64,000 bases of DNA from Octopus vulgaris (GCA_951406725.2 OX597829.1:50592001-50656000), one strand, 5' to 3'; counted from the stretch's first letter, positions 25,240 to 39,204 are shown. The notes: generated from the letters alone by a model not told the origin. Numbers and translations are program-made.

Positions 25240-25948
25240 TGAGTGGGTCTTCATGATGCTGGTCATCACTGTCTTGCTCTATGGTTGTGAGACTTGGACA
25301 CTTTGGGTACTACCTGAAACATCTTTGGTGCCAGGGTGCCTCACATGATTATGGGCTACCATTGGTCAGATTTTGTATCCAACCAATGACTTTACTCAGA
25401 AACTGAGATCTGTCCTGTTACTTGTATAATTCAGCAGCACCAGGTCAGACTGTTTGGCCATGTTGCTCAGTTCCCCATGTTTGACCCTGCTTACCATGTT
25501 AACTTCACCGAGGATCCAGCTGGAGTGATAGCTCATGTTGGTCTGCCACATGTGACATGATCAAAGGCGGGTAAGGAGGTGTCTCATGGAGATGAAGACT
25601 GGCTGGAACTCTGCTTGACAGGTTAACCCTTTAGCATTTAAACCGGCCATATCTGGCCAAAAGTATTCTGCCTGTTTTATGTTCAAACTGGCCAGATCTG
25701 GTCTCTCACACCAACCCTACAATATCATTTCAAAAATTAACAGCTACCTCATCAAAATCTCAAAGCTACAAGATAATGCGTGATTAGTTCAAAACAATGT
25801 GGATGAAGAAGCATTAATTTTGGCAGAATAATGCGAACACTAAAGGGTTAACCAAGATGACCTGAGCATATACCAACAAATAATGGATGCAGTGACACCC
25901 TGAAATGACACATGCCCACCATACTTGACCTGACCTGACCTGACCTGA
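25240..25948 (+). mobile_element. RTE-clade LINE 3' fragment with (ACCTG)n tail, interrupted by a MITE
   Basis: IMGYHWSDFVSNQ*LYSETEICPVTCIIQQHQVRLFGHVAQ, typical of the RTE C-terminal LRWxGHVxR region. Confidence 0.7.
25627..25847. mobile_element. piggyBac-type MITE
   Basis: TTAA|CCCTTTAG...CTAAAGGG|TTAA. Related copies at about 35625-35855 and 62600-62819. Confidence 0.85.
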
Positions 25949-26344
25949 TGCACAAAAGGTTCAATGGGATCACAGACTGGTTTGAGATGGAAAATAGATT
26001 TCAAAATTTGGTAGAAATACAAAGGAGTATTTAGCAGCAAGTGTGTATACGAGGAATAAATTCTGTTAAAAAGGTTAAAACTTCCTAATAGACTCCACTC
26101 CCACTTCCTGAGACTTCTTGTGAAAACCGAAAAGAGAATGGGCAAATAGTTATCTTCCATGTGAGCTTCCATGCTGACAAATCACCAGCATGGAAGACAA
26201 ACATTAAATAATGATGGTGGTGGTGGTGGGTGGTGGGTGTTGGTGGTGCTGGTGGTGATGATGATGATGATGACAGCAATGACAACAGCAATCACTATGA
26301 CAATGAGGATGAGGGAGAGGGGATTGTATAAATGTATATAATGA

Positions 26345-26647
26345 GTGTATGAATGTGTTTATGTATGTATGTATGTATGTATGTATGTATGTATGTATGT
26401 ATGTATGTATGTATGTATGTATGTATGTATGTATGTATGTATGTATGTATGTATGTATGTATGTATGTATGTGTGTATGAATGTGTTTATGTATGTATGT
26501 ATGTATGTATGTATGTATGTATGTATGTATGTATGTATGTGTGTGTGTATGTGTGTATGTATGTATGAATGTAAGTATGTATGTATGTTTGTTTGTATGT
26601 ATTTATGTATGTATGTATATATATATAGATATAGATATGTATGTATG

Positions 26648-26702
<55 letters not shown>

Positions 26703-26960
26703 ACCTGTATGCATGTGTGTATGTATGCATGTTTGTATGTGTATATATATATATATATGTATGTATGTATGTATGCATTTGTGTATGTACGTGTATGTAT
26801 GCATGTTTGTATGTGAGTATATATATGTATGTATATATGTGTGTATGCATGTATGTATGTATGTGTATGTATGCATGTTTGTATGTGTGTATATATATGT
26901 ATGTATGTATGTATGTAAGTAAGTATGTATGTATTTGTGTGTGTTCATGCATGTACATAT
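26345..26960. repeat. (TATG)n/(TA)n microsatellite
   Basis: Direct reading. Confidence 0.95.
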
Positions 26961-26962
26961 AT

Positions 26963-27270
26963 ATTCTTTTATTTATTTCAGTCGGTTGGCTGTGGCCATG
27001 CTGGTGCACCGCCTTTTAGTTGAACGACTCGACCCCACACACAAATACATACACACTTACTTACACACACACACACACATATATGTATGTATGTATCAGG
27101 CTTCTTTCAGTTTCTGTTGATCAAATCCACTCACAGAGTGAGTGATTCCACTCACTCTGGTCAGCCCAGAGTTAAAGCAGACAACAACTTAACCAAGGTA
27201 TCACACAGTAGGACTTGAACCTGAAACAATGTGGTTCAAAAGCAAACTTCTTACCACACAGCCACACCGA
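26963..27270 (-). mobile_element. SINE A, internally deleted
   Basis: Tail and head of family A are both recognisable. Confidence 0.75.
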
Positions 27271-27328
27271 TGTCTGTATGAAGATATGTATAGTTAATTT
27301 AAACTGTTAGAATATTGGGTCCAGGTAA

Positions 27329-27542
27329 GGCGGCGAGCTGGCAGAAATGTTAGCATGCTGGGTGAAATGCTGAGCAGTATTTCGTCTGTCTTTACGTTCT
27401 GAGTTCAAATTCTGCCGAGGTCGACTTTGTCTTTCATCCTTTCAGGGTGTCGATAAATTAAGTACCAGTTGCATACTAGGGTCGATCTAATCAACTGGCC
27501 CTCTCCTGCAAAATTTCGGGCTTTGTGCCTGGAGTAGAAAAT
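27329..27542 (+). mobile_element. SINE B with alternative 3' tail and about 16-bp TSD
   Basis: GGCGGCGAGCTGGCAGAA head; TSD AATATTGG(G/A)TCCAGGT at 27311-27326 and 27543-27558. Confidence 0.88.
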
Positions 27543-27954
27543 AATATTGGATCCAGGTGAAACACCAGTACATCACCAGTAAAAAAAAAGGGAAACATAA
27601 CAAATCAGTTTTCAAGAAAGTTCTGCAAATTTTCTGGTTTTTAAAATTTTTTTTTATTTCACCAATTCCACCATTGAACAGTTTTGACCATCTAATCTGT
27701 TCGTGGATTATTTTTCTCCAAAACAAAAGACAAATAATCCATTATTATAAGATAGTGGTTTTAATTCCTGGACCGAGCAATGCACTGTGTTCTTGAGCAA
27801 GACACTTCATTTCACATTGCTCCACTCCACTCAGGGAGGAATATACATGCCAGAGAAACCAAGGAAGGTGGCCCTGTGCCACTTATGCAGTAATGTTGGC
27901 AAACCAAGACAGAGAGCAATGGTCAGTTTATATATTATAATTTTTTTTTATGTA

Positions 27955-28350
27955 AGATAGGAGTAGCTGTGTGGTAAGGAGCTTGCTTGCCAACCACATG
28001 GTTCTGGGTTCAGTCCCACTGCGTGGTACCTTGGGCAAGTGTCTTCTACTATTGCCTCAGGCTGACCAAAGCCTTGTGAGTGGATTTGGTAGACAGAAAC
28101 TGAAAGAAAAGAAGCCCATCGTATATGTGTGTGTATGAGTTTGTGTTCTGTGTTTGTCCCCCTAACATCGCTTGACAACCGATGTTGGTGTGTTTACGTC
28201 CCCGTAACTTAGTGGTTTGGCAAAAGAGACTGATAGAATAAGTACTAGGCTTCCAACGAATAAGTCCTGGGGTCGATTTGCTCGACTAAAGGCGGTGCTC
28301 CAGCATGGCCACAGTCAAATGACTGAAGCAAGTAAAAGAGTAAAAGAGAG
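27955..28350 (+). mobile_element. SINE A
   Basis: Matches 508-907. Confidence 0.9.
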
Positions 28351-28727
28351 TAAGCATAAATCCTCAAAACAATGTTCCTCTCCCTACCATCTTTATTGTC
28401 CAAGGGTATGGCAAGAGCTGCAATAGTTTGGAACCATTGTCATCACAAATACCTCACGACATTTTCTGTCTGATGCTTTTAACTTTCCTGCCAGTCTGGC
28501 GTCATCATATTGCAGACCAAAAATGTTAAGTAATAAATAACATATTTAGGTTAAAGATGACATTGATCAGGATGCAATATTTTCTTATACCATATTCTTA
28601 TACCATTCTGCTTCTATTCTTGTAGAAAATGTAATCCATTTATTCATATAATTTTAATTATCAGAAGTGTTCAAATTCTTGCTTTTTTCACTAATCAGCT
28701 GTGTAGCATTCTCTACAAGTGTATAAA

Positions 28728-28934
28728 TATGTGTGTGTGTATGTGTGCATGCGTGTGTGCATGTGAGTGTGTGTGCGTGCATGCATGTGTGTGTGCATGC
28801 ATGTGTGTGTGTGTGTTTGTGTGTGTGTTTGTGTGTGTGTATGTGTGTGTATGTGTGTGTGTGTGTGTATGTGTGTGTGTGTGTGATGTGTGTGTGTGTG
28901 TGATGTGTGTGCGTGTGTGTTTGTGTGTGTGTGA

Positions 28935-29018
<84 letters not shown>

Positions 29019-29036
29019 CATGTGTGTGTGTGTGTG
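28728..29036. repeat. (TG)n microsatellite
   Basis: Direct reading. Confidence 0.95.
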
Positions 29037-29376
29037 CTTGTCCACATTTTGGGGAGGCCTGTCATTTCTAAAATATAACATAGAAGATTATTTCTGGAAA
29101 AATCTTGAGAATTAATTTTCTGAAAAAAGAAAAAAATATAAATAAATAAATAGATGATGATGGTGGTGGTGGTGGTGATGGTGCCAGCAGTGGTTGAAGC
29201 AATGTCAACGATGATGATGATGATGATTGAATTCATGAGAAATAATGCTAGCAGAGAAGCATGGCACATAATTCAATAATTGTTCTTTAGTTCTTCCACC
29301 AAGAATTACATTACCGATATTTCTTTTGGTTTTGATTTTTTAAGTCATTAAAACCAAATTACCAGGTATATTATAT

Positions 29377-30587
29377 ATCATCATCATCATCATCATCGTC
29401 ATTGTCATTATTAACATCATCGTCATTGTCATCATCGTCATTATCATCATCATCATCATTGTCATCAACATCATCATCATCATCATCATCATCAACAGCA
29501 TTATCATCATTGTCATCTTCATTGTCATTATCAACATCATCGTCATTATCATCATCATCATTATCATTGTCATCATCACCATCTTCATCATCATCGTCAT
29601 CATCATCATCTTCATTGTCATTATCAACATCATCGTCATTATCATCATCATCATTATCATTGTCATCATCACCATCTTCATCATCATCGTCATCATCATC
29701 ATCTTCATTGTCATTACCAACATCATCGTCATTATCATCATCATCATTATTGTCATCATCACAATCTTCATCATCATCGTCATCATCATCATCTTCATTG
29801 ACATTACCAACATCATCGTCATTATCATCATCATCATCATTGTCATCATCACCATCTTCATCATCATCGTCATCATCATCATCTTCATTGTCATTATCAA
29901 CATCATCGTCATTATCATCATCATCATTATCATTTCATCATCACCATCTTCATCATCATCGTCATCATCATCATCTTCATTGTCATTACCAACATCATCG
30001 TCATTATCATCATCATCATCATTGTCATCATCACCATCTTCATCATCATCGTCATCATCATCATCTTCATTGTCATTATCAACATCATCGTCATTATCAT
30101 CATCATCATTATCATTGTCATCATCACCATCTTCATCATCATCGTCATCATCATCATCTTCATTGTCATTACCAACATCATCGTCATTATCATCATCATC
30201 ATTATCATTGTCATCATCACCATCTTCATCATCATCGTCATCATCATCATCTTCATTGTCATTATCAACATCATCGTCATTATCATCATCATCATTATCA
30301 TTGTCATCATCACCATCTTCATCATCATCGTCATCATCATCATCTTCATTGTCATTACCAACATCATCGTCATTATCATCATCATCATCATTGTCATCAT
30401 CACCATCTTCATCATCATCATCATCATCATCAACAGCATCATCAGTATCATCATCATCATCATTGTCATCATCATTACTGTCGTTGTCATCATCATCATC
30501 AACAGCATCATCATCGACGTCATCATCATCATCATCATCATTATCATCATCATTATCATCATCATCATCATCATCATCATCATTATT
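29377..30587. repeat. (CAT)-based minisatellite with an 87-93 bp higher-order unit
   Basis: Recurring unit translating as HHHHLHHHRHHHHLHCHYQHHRHYHHHHYHC (31 codons) with a 29-codon variant. Confidence 0.93.
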
Positions 30588-30790
30588 GTGTCATCTCTTG
30601 TCAAAGGTAGAAGAGTCCGTTTTGCTGGACATTGTTGTAGAGCTGAAAAAGAAGTAATTTCTACTCTTCTCTGGAAGCCATCTACTCGCAATACCAGAGG
30701 GCGCACACTCTCCTACCCTGATGTAATCTCCAGGGATACAGGCATCCAGCAACAGGATCTCCGTAATGCGATGATGGACCGTGATAAATA
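30588..30790 (+). mobile_element. RTE-like LINE C-terminal fragment
   Basis: SSLVKGRRVRFAGHCCRAEKEVISTLLWKP..RGR..SYPDVISRDTG..LRNAMMDR. Confidence 0.8.
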
Positions 30791-31276
30791 GTTTACAGTA
30801 CAAAAGAAATCACTTTAAAAGTGCGAGAACAATATTTGAGATGCTTTATCTCTAGTTAGTATAGAAATGTGTTATATGAGATTAATTTTGAAGGTCTGAC
30901 CAAAGACTATGTAATTAAAACAAAAAGGTAGGAGGAAACTTTTCAAATATAAATAAAGTGGAAGTTTACAAAAACAAACATTATTTTCCATCTTATTGTT
31001 AGTTTTATTTCATTTCGAAAAATAAAATTTATTCTAGGGTTTATCATTGTCTGTATTTTGAACTACATATATCATGCTGGTGTCATGTTAAAAGCACCCA
31101 CTACACTCTATGGTGTGGTAAGTATTGGGAAAGACAAGTAGCCAAAGATACCAAGCCAGAATAGACACAGGCCTTGTGTGGCTTTACTAGCTCCGGTCAA
31201 ACCATCTAACCCATGCCAGCATAGAAAAGAGATGTTAAATGATGATAAATGATGACGATGACAATGAAAACGATGA

Positions 31277-32780
31277 TGATGACAACATACATACATTTCC
31301 AGCTGATATAGGCATTGAATTTGGTCAAAAGAAATGTTCATATTTGGTTATAGAGCGAGGTAAGTCAGTCCCCCAAACCCAAAGCCTGTGCATCAACGGT
31401 TTCTCTATCTCCCCCATTCCACACAAAAAATGTTACAAGTACCTAGGCATAGATGAAAATGTATCATATGAAGGCACTGAATAAAGAGTTATCCGAGAAT
31501 ATTACACCAGACTTAGGAAAATATGGCAGTCGGAACTCTCTTCTTACAACAAAGCAACATCCCACAATGCATTTGCAGTACCAGTTCTGGTCCCAACATT
31601 TGGGATACTTGATTGGTCTGTAGAGGAAATCCGCTCCATAGATATCAAACCCCACAAAATCCTGACAACAACTGGGAACTTCCACAGAAACGGTGATGTT
31701 GACAGGGGCTACCTAAGAAGAAATGAAGGTAATAGAAGCCTGAGATCAGTGCTGATGGCCTTCAAATGCCATATGGTATCACAACAGCAGCTAAAATAAA
31801 TATATAAATGCAGTGCCAAAAAGCACAGTGAGCAAAATTGTACAAGTTGGCAGTGAGCTCCTGAAGAAGCACTCTCTCCCTGATGATCTCCCATACCTCC
31901 CCAAAACAGCTGGGTTATCTTACCACAGGGAAGACCTAAATGGAAAGCACTCAGCATCCAAAAAAATGTCTGTGCATGGGTATGTTGTCTGGAAGCTTGG
32001 ACACAAGACCACTACATCACATCACACTTTGAAGGCTATGCGTTTGCAATCCAGGAACAGGAGATTGCCACAAAGTACCTGGTACACAAGAGAGAGAGAG
32101 TGACACTCTTGTAATCCCAAGGTGCAACCGCATGTGTAGGCTATGTCATGTTTCTGTGGAAGACAACATGCATGTGATTAGCAGCTGTCCTAAAATGTCA
32201 TCACGGTACCACTTCCCTATGTGACACAATTTACAATGCCATCTGCAAGAAAGACTGTCCTGAAATAAACTTAGAAAATCCCTCTGTTATAGAATACATT
32301 CATAAACACTAACTCAAAGAATACTGGTAGAATATTCTCATCAAAACCTCTGTCAAATGTAAACATTACAGGCCAGATATTATTGTTTGGGACAGAGGGG
32401 CAAAGGTATGTATCGTCATAGAGATCGACTGCCCTGCAGACATAAATGTTTCTTTGAAAACTGCTTTGAAACCTCCAGCTTCTATATCCAGCCTATGAAT
32501 TCATATTTATACCAATAATAATTGGAGCACTAGGTTTTGTTAGTAAATGCTTATAGGAGAATCTGGATAAACTGGGATTTTCAGAAAGAGAAACCAACTG
32601 GCTGATTCGTACATTACAAGTTCAACCTGTGAGTGGAACGGTAAAAATATGTAAGACTTTACTCAAGTTCTAAATGTGAATTTGTCTGTGTTAACTACAT
32701 CACTAAGATGGAGCCTTCTACCTTTGCTGGAAACCAACTCCCTCCTCAATGAAAGGTTTATAATAATTAAAAAATAGAAG
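31277..32780 (+). mobile_element. 5'-truncated R4/Dong-like element flanked by (ACAT)n
   Basis: DIGIEFGQKKC, YKYLGIDE, NAFAVPVL, EGYAFAIQEQEI, CRLCHVSVEDNMHVISSC, RPDIIVWD, IEIDCPAD and PIIFGALG; ORF relic ends near 32673. Confidence 0.88.
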
Positions 32781-33581
32781 ATACATACATACATACATAC
32801 ATGCACACACACATACATGTTACAAAAGTTTTTTTCAGTTTCAGTTTACCAAATCCAGTCACAAGGCTTTGGAGTGTATTTGATACAAAGACACTTGGCC
32901 AAAGTGCTGTGCAGTGGAACAGAACTGAAAACCATGTGGTTGGGATACAACCCTATTACCACAGAGTCGTGTGTAGAATATTAGTGTTGAAAATTTTAGA
33001 CATTATGAAAATTTTGCATAAGATTTGGACGCCTTAAAAACATTTATTGTTAGCATTTTGCTCATTAGAAAGAATTCTTCTCATTAAAACTTTACAGACA
33101 ATTGAAGGTACCAAGATGAAAAGATTAATATGTAAAAACTTGTTGCCTAATTAATCCCATATGCTTATAAACTTTAATTATTTTCTTTGAAGGTTCTTAT
33201 TCTTCTTCTTTCTCTTCCTCTATTCTAGCTTATATACACATGCATACATACATACATATATATATATACAAATTGCGATAGGGGTTGTAAATGCAACCCT
33301 CCATGGGATAACATATATCCAATATACTGCTAGTGAAGTACCCAACAAAGTTAATACATAAATGTTAAGGATTGCGATGCAATCAATTCATTTACTGTAT
33401 TATATGGGCAAAGGTAAAATGATTTACCATGAATTACTAATACAAGATAAGAAAATGGAGAAACACATCTAAATCAAATATCAATTACCAGATAATACTC
33501 AATCACATACTTTATTAAACCACCAAATAAGAGACTGTAGGGTTAAACATAAAAATGCAGAACAAATCAGATTTGTTCTGC

Positions 33582-33658
<77 letters not shown>

Positions 33659-33868
33659 CATATACACACACACACATATATATATATATATACATACAAA
33701 AATACATATGTGTATAAAGAGAGAGAGAGAGAGAGAGAGAGGTAGACAAACAGATATATGCATATATACAAACATGCATGTACATATACATTCATAGATA
33801 TACATCTGTACATATATGCACACAAACACACACACATACACACACATGCATACACACACACAGATATA

Positions 33869-34250
33869 TTCTTTCACTTTTTTACTTGTTTTGGTCACTT
33901 GGCTGTGGCCATGCTGGAGCACTGCCTTTAGTCGAGCAAATCGACCCCAGGACTTATTCTTTGTAAGCCTAGTATTTATTCTATTGGTCTCTTTTGCCAA
34001 ACTGCTAAGTTACAGGGACGTAAATACACCAGCATCGGTTGTCAAGCGATGTTAGGGGGAGAAACACACACACACACACGTATACATATATACGACAGGC
34101 TTCGTTCAGTTTCTGTCTACCAAATCCACTCACAAGGCTTTGGTCGGCCCAAAGCTATAGTAGAAGACACTTGCCCAAGATGCCACGCAGTGGGACTGAA
34201 CCCAGAACCATATGGTTCATAAGCAAGCTACTTACCACACAGCCACTCCT
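33869..34250 (-). mobile_element. SINE A
   Basis: Reverse complement of family A. Confidence 0.9.
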
Positions 34251-34424
34251 ATATATATTACCTTGCCAATCTACCTGGAAACAGGTGAGGGTTGACAATA
34301 TTGTCACAACAAAATTCTGCTGACTAAAGCAAGCATGGATCAGTGGACATTAAACTGGTGATGGTTATGATGATGACTATGGTGGTGCTGGTGGTGGTCA
34401 CCATGGTCATAGTGATGATGATGA

Positions 34425-34978
34425 TGCATACATATTTATATGTATGTATATGTATGTATGTATGTCTGCATATATGTATGTATGTATGTGTGTATGTATG
34501 TATGTATGTATCTGTGTGTGTATGTATGTGTGTATGTATGTATGTATGTATGTATGTGTGTATGTATGTGTGTGTGTGTATGTATGTATGTATGTATGTA
34601 TGTGTGTATGTATGTATGTATGTATGTATGTGTGTGTGTATGTATGTGTGTATGTATGTATGTATGTATGTATGTATGTATGTATGTATGTATGTGTGTA
34701 TGTATGTGTGTATGTATGTATGTAAGTATGTATGTATGTATGTATTTATGTATGCATGTACGTATGTATGTATATATGTATGTCTGTCTCCATGTATGTA
34801 TGTATGTATGTATGTATGTATGAATGTATGTACATACGTATGTGTGTATGCATGCATGCATGTATGTATGTATGTATGTATGTATGTATGTATGTATGTA
34901 TGTATGTATGTATGTATGCATGCATGCATGTATGTATGTATGTATGTATGTATGCATGCGTGTACGTATGTATTTGTG
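34425..34978. repeat. (TATG)n microsatellite
   Basis: Direct reading. Confidence 0.95.
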
Positions 34979-36190
34979 CAAGTGGTTTACAGTTGAACAC
35001 CCTTATACACATCCAATCAATGACAAGATAAGAGTTGGTGAGCATGTTTTTTTATAGCTGAATGAACAAAGCTTCCACTCATGCATGACATTAGATCACT
35101 ATCTCCTGCTGCTACTGCTGCTACTACTGCTACTGCTCTGTTGTTGTTGTTACTGTTGCCGAGGCCTTTTGCTAAAGATAACAACATTTTCGTATTAACG
35201 TGAAGATGCTGTGAGCAACTAAATGATTCTATCTTTCTACAGCAGCAAACTTTCTATTTTTAATGAATTAAAATATTAGGTTTATCTGTCCTGCCTTACT
35301 TGATCAGAATTAATCATTAAGTTAATGACTTTTTTTTTTCTTTTTATTCATTTTATTAATTGCAATTTTTAGTTTAATACAAATTTTTTGCCCCACGACA
35401 TTAAATATATTAGCATGGACCAAGTTAGTCTTTTACATTTATTCTGAATTCTTCTATTACTTTTACATTTTACAAGTACAATGAAATCTAGGCGTTGTTG
35501 ATGAGATCATAAAAATGACCAAAACATGCTTTGAGTTGTGTCCCTTATCTACTGAAATAATTAAAATAATTTCAACTTTTTTTCTTTGCGACATAATTAT
35601 TTCGAGTTAGTCTTTAAAGTACTCCCTGCATTTAGCATTTAAATCATCCATATTCAGCCCAAATATTCACCATATTTTATATTCTAGCTGACTAAATCAG
35701 GCCTTTCACACTTACCTGATAATGTCATTCTGAAAATTAGAAATCACATGATCAAAATTCTGATGGTACAAGATAATCCATGATTAATTAAAAAAAAACA
35801 ATATGGATAAATAAGTATTACATTTGACAGAGTAATCCGAATGTTGAAGGACTAAACCTGTCAATATTAACTTAGCTATTGTTTTTCCTGCAGATGGCAT
35901 CTCTGAGTTTTTCATTCTCCAAATAATTCTGTTCTTCTACACCTACCATTGTACTTTCTTGTGCGTTTCCCATCAGTATTTCCACAAGTACAGTGAAATT
36001 TATGTCTAGCTAATGAGCTATAATAGATTTTAATTGTAGTCGACTGGTACTTTATTTTTATCAACATTACATGGATGAAAGGCAAAATTGACCTCAGTGT
36101 ACTTTAATTGGACTTTATTTTATCACCTTCAGATGGATGAAATGCAAGAATGAACTCAACAAGATTTGAAATCAGATTGTAAAGTGCCAG

Positions 36191-36572
36191 TCGTGGCACT
36201 CCGTCGGTTATGTCAATGAGGGTTCCAGTTGATCTGATCAACGGAATAGCCTGCTCGTGAAATTAACGTGCAAGTGGCTGAGCACTCCACAGACACGTGT
36301 ACCCTTAATGTAGTTCTCGGGGAGATTCAGCATGACACAGAGTGTGACAAGACTGGCCCTTTGAAATACAGGTACAACAGAAACAAGAAGAAAGAGTGAG
36401 AGAAAGTTGTGGTGAAAGTGCACAGCTGGGTTCGCCCCGCCCCCTGCTGGAGCTTCATAGAGCTTTAGGCGTTTTCACTCAATAAACACTCACAACAGCT
36501 GGTCTGGGAATCGAACTGCAATCCCACAAGTGCGAGTCCACTGCCCTAACCACTGAGCCATTGCGCCTCCAC
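36191..36572 (-). mobile_element. tRNA-derived SINE family C with 10-bp TSD, beside degraded SINE B pieces
   Basis: Minus-strand head GGCGCAATGGCTCAGTGGTTAG...GTTCGATTCC (A and B boxes); TSD AAAGTGCCAG at 36181-36190 and 36573-36582. Confidence 0.88.
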
Positions 36573-36896
36573 AAAGTGCCAGCAGATAAAACAACAAAGC
36601 ATTTTCTTTGACATTCTGACAATTCAGAGTAGTCTCCCTTCTGAAATGCTATTCTTTTCTCCTTTAGGTACAAGGCCTGAAATTTTGAAGGAGGGGAACA
36701 GTCGATTAGATCGACCCCAGTACACAAATGGCATTTAATTTATCGACTCCGAAAGGATGAAAGGCGAAGTTGACCATTTACTCATATTTTTTTTTACCTC
36801 AATTCATTATCATATCTAGTTAGTTTAGTGGGAGATTTTAAGCTTGTTACCCATAGAGAAAGAGCTGGTTTCTAACTTAGATTCAAGGCCCTTTCT

Positions 36897-37188
36897 ATGT
36901 ATGTATGTCCGTACGTACGTATGTATGCATGTATGTATGTATGTAGTTATGTATGTATGTATGTATGAATGTATGTATGTATGTATGTATGTGTATGTAT
37001 GTATGTATTATGTATGTATGTATGTATGAATGTATGTATGTATGTATGTATGTGTGTGTGTATGTATGTATGTATGTGTATGTATGTATGTATGTATGTA
37101 TGTATGTGTATGTGTATGTATACATGTATGTATGTACGTATGTATGCATGTATGTGAGTATGTATGTATGTATGTATGATGTGGTATG

Positions 37189-37219
<31 letters not shown>

Positions 37220-37310
37220 GTATGTATGTATGTATGTATGTATGGATGGATGGATGTATGTATGTATGTATGTATGTGGGTATGTATGTATGATGTGATA
37301 TGTATGTATG

Positions 37311-37344
<34 letters not shown>

Positions 37345-37720
37345 CGTATATGTATGTATGTATGTTTGTATGTATGGATGTATGTATGGATGGATGTATG
37401 TATGTATGGATGGATGTATGTATGTATGTATGTGATGTATGTATGTATGTATGTATGTATGTATGTGAGTATGTATGTATGTATGTATGTATGTATGTAT
37501 GTATGTATGATGTGGTATGTATGTATGTATGTATGTATGTATGTATGTATGTATGTATGTATGTATGTATGTATGTATGTATGTATGTATGTATGTATGT
37601 GGTATGTATGTATGTATGTATGTATGTATGTATGTATGTATGTATGTATGTATGTATGTATGTATGTATATATGTATGTATGTATGTGGGTATGTATGTA
37701 TGATGTGATATGTATGTATG

Positions 37721-37754
<34 letters not shown>

Positions 37755-38047
37755 TGTATGTGTATGTATGTATGTGTGTATGTATGTATGTATGTATTAT
37801 GTATGTATGGATGTAAGTATGTATGTATGTATGTATGTATGTATGTATGTATGTATGTATGTATGTACTTATGTATGTATGTATGGATGGATGGATGTAT
37901 GTATGTATGTATGTATGTATGTATGTATGTATGTATGTGGGTATGTATGTATGATGTGGTATGTATGTATGTATGGATGGATGGATGGATGGATGTATGT
38001 ATGTATGTGCGTATATGTATGTATGATGTGATATGTATGTATGTATG

Positions 38048-38080
<33 letters not shown>

Positions 38081-38352
38081 GTGTATGAATGTATGTATGT
38101 ATGTATGTGTGATGTGGGTATGTATGTATGTATGTATTATGTATGTGTGTATGTGTGTATGTATGTATGTATGTATTATGTATGTGTGTATGTGTGTATG
38201 TATGTATGTATGCGTGTATGTATGTATGTATATATGTATGTATGTGGGTATGTATGTATGATGTGGTATGTATGTATGTATGGATGGATGGATGGATGGA
38301 TGTATGTATGTATGTGCGTATGTATGCATGATGTGATATGTATGTATGTATG

Positions 38353-38386
<34 letters not shown>

Positions 38387-38562
38387 TGTATGTATGTATG
38401 TATGTATGTATGGATGTATGTATATATGTATGTGGGTATGTATTATGTGAGTATATATGTATGTATGTATGTGAGTATGTATGTATGTATGTATGTATGT
38501 ATGTATGTATGTATGTATGTATGTATGTATGTATGTATGTATGTATGTATGTATGTATGTAT
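36897..38562. repeat. (TATG)n/(TGGA)n microsatellite, about 1.7 kb
   Basis: Direct reading; source of the 611-aa artefact ORF. Confidence 0.97.
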
Positions 38563-38563
38563 A

Positions 38564-38720
38564 GGTGCAGGCATGGCTGTGTGGTAAGAAGTTTGCTTCC
38601 CAACCAAGTGATCTTGTGTTCAGTCCCACTGTGTAGTACCTTGAATAAGTGTCTTCCACTTTAGCCCCAGGCCAACCAAAGCCTTGAGAGTGGATCTGGT
38701 AGTCGGGAACTGAAACTTTT
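38564..38720 (+). mobile_element. SINE A 5' part
   Basis: Head and core only. Confidence 0.8.
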
Positions 38721-38809
38721 TGTGTGTCACAGTGTATTACCAAACCAACTATCTGACAAACCGGGGACTGGAAGTGTTCCAAATTTCTGGAGAAAGCCTA
38801 AATATAAAA

Positions 38810-39204
38810 TCTTTATGTATAAAAGTGAGGTTGTGTGCTGTCTGTCTCCTATGATTTAGATTCCTAACTACTCCCACATTTTGCGTTGCAGTTTAACCAA
38901 AAGCGGGTATCTTATAGTCGTGATTCATATTGAGCCCTTCTGGGTATTAGTGCGCGTCTACGATGAGTCTACGATTTTAAAAATAATTTACCATAATTTT
39001 TTTCCATTTTAATGCATTTTTTCGCTATTATATAAGGGAAGTAACTCTCTAAAAGTCTACGATGAGTCAACGATTTAAAAAAAAATTTACCATGAATGCA
39101 TTTTTTTTGCTATTTTTTTTGCTATTTTTTTGCTATAACTCTCTAAAAATGCTTATATAGTTATTTCCCTTACAAATCCGAGCAACGCCGGGCGATACTG
39201 CTAG
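38810..39204 (+). mobile_element. Non-autonomous Helitron
   Basis: A|TCTTTATGTATAAAAG...GCAACGCCGGGCGATACTGCTAG|T. Confidence 0.85.

Noticed and set aside
29340-30706. Poly-Ser/His/Met ORFs, or an Asp-rich aspein-like protein on the minus strand
   Set aside because: Triplet-repeat artefact. A 1-bp indel near 29934 shifts the frame, and I see no signal peptide or supported splice context.
36490-36572. tRNA gene
   Set aside because: A and B boxes are present but no complete cloverleaf; it continues into a SINE body bounded by a TSD.
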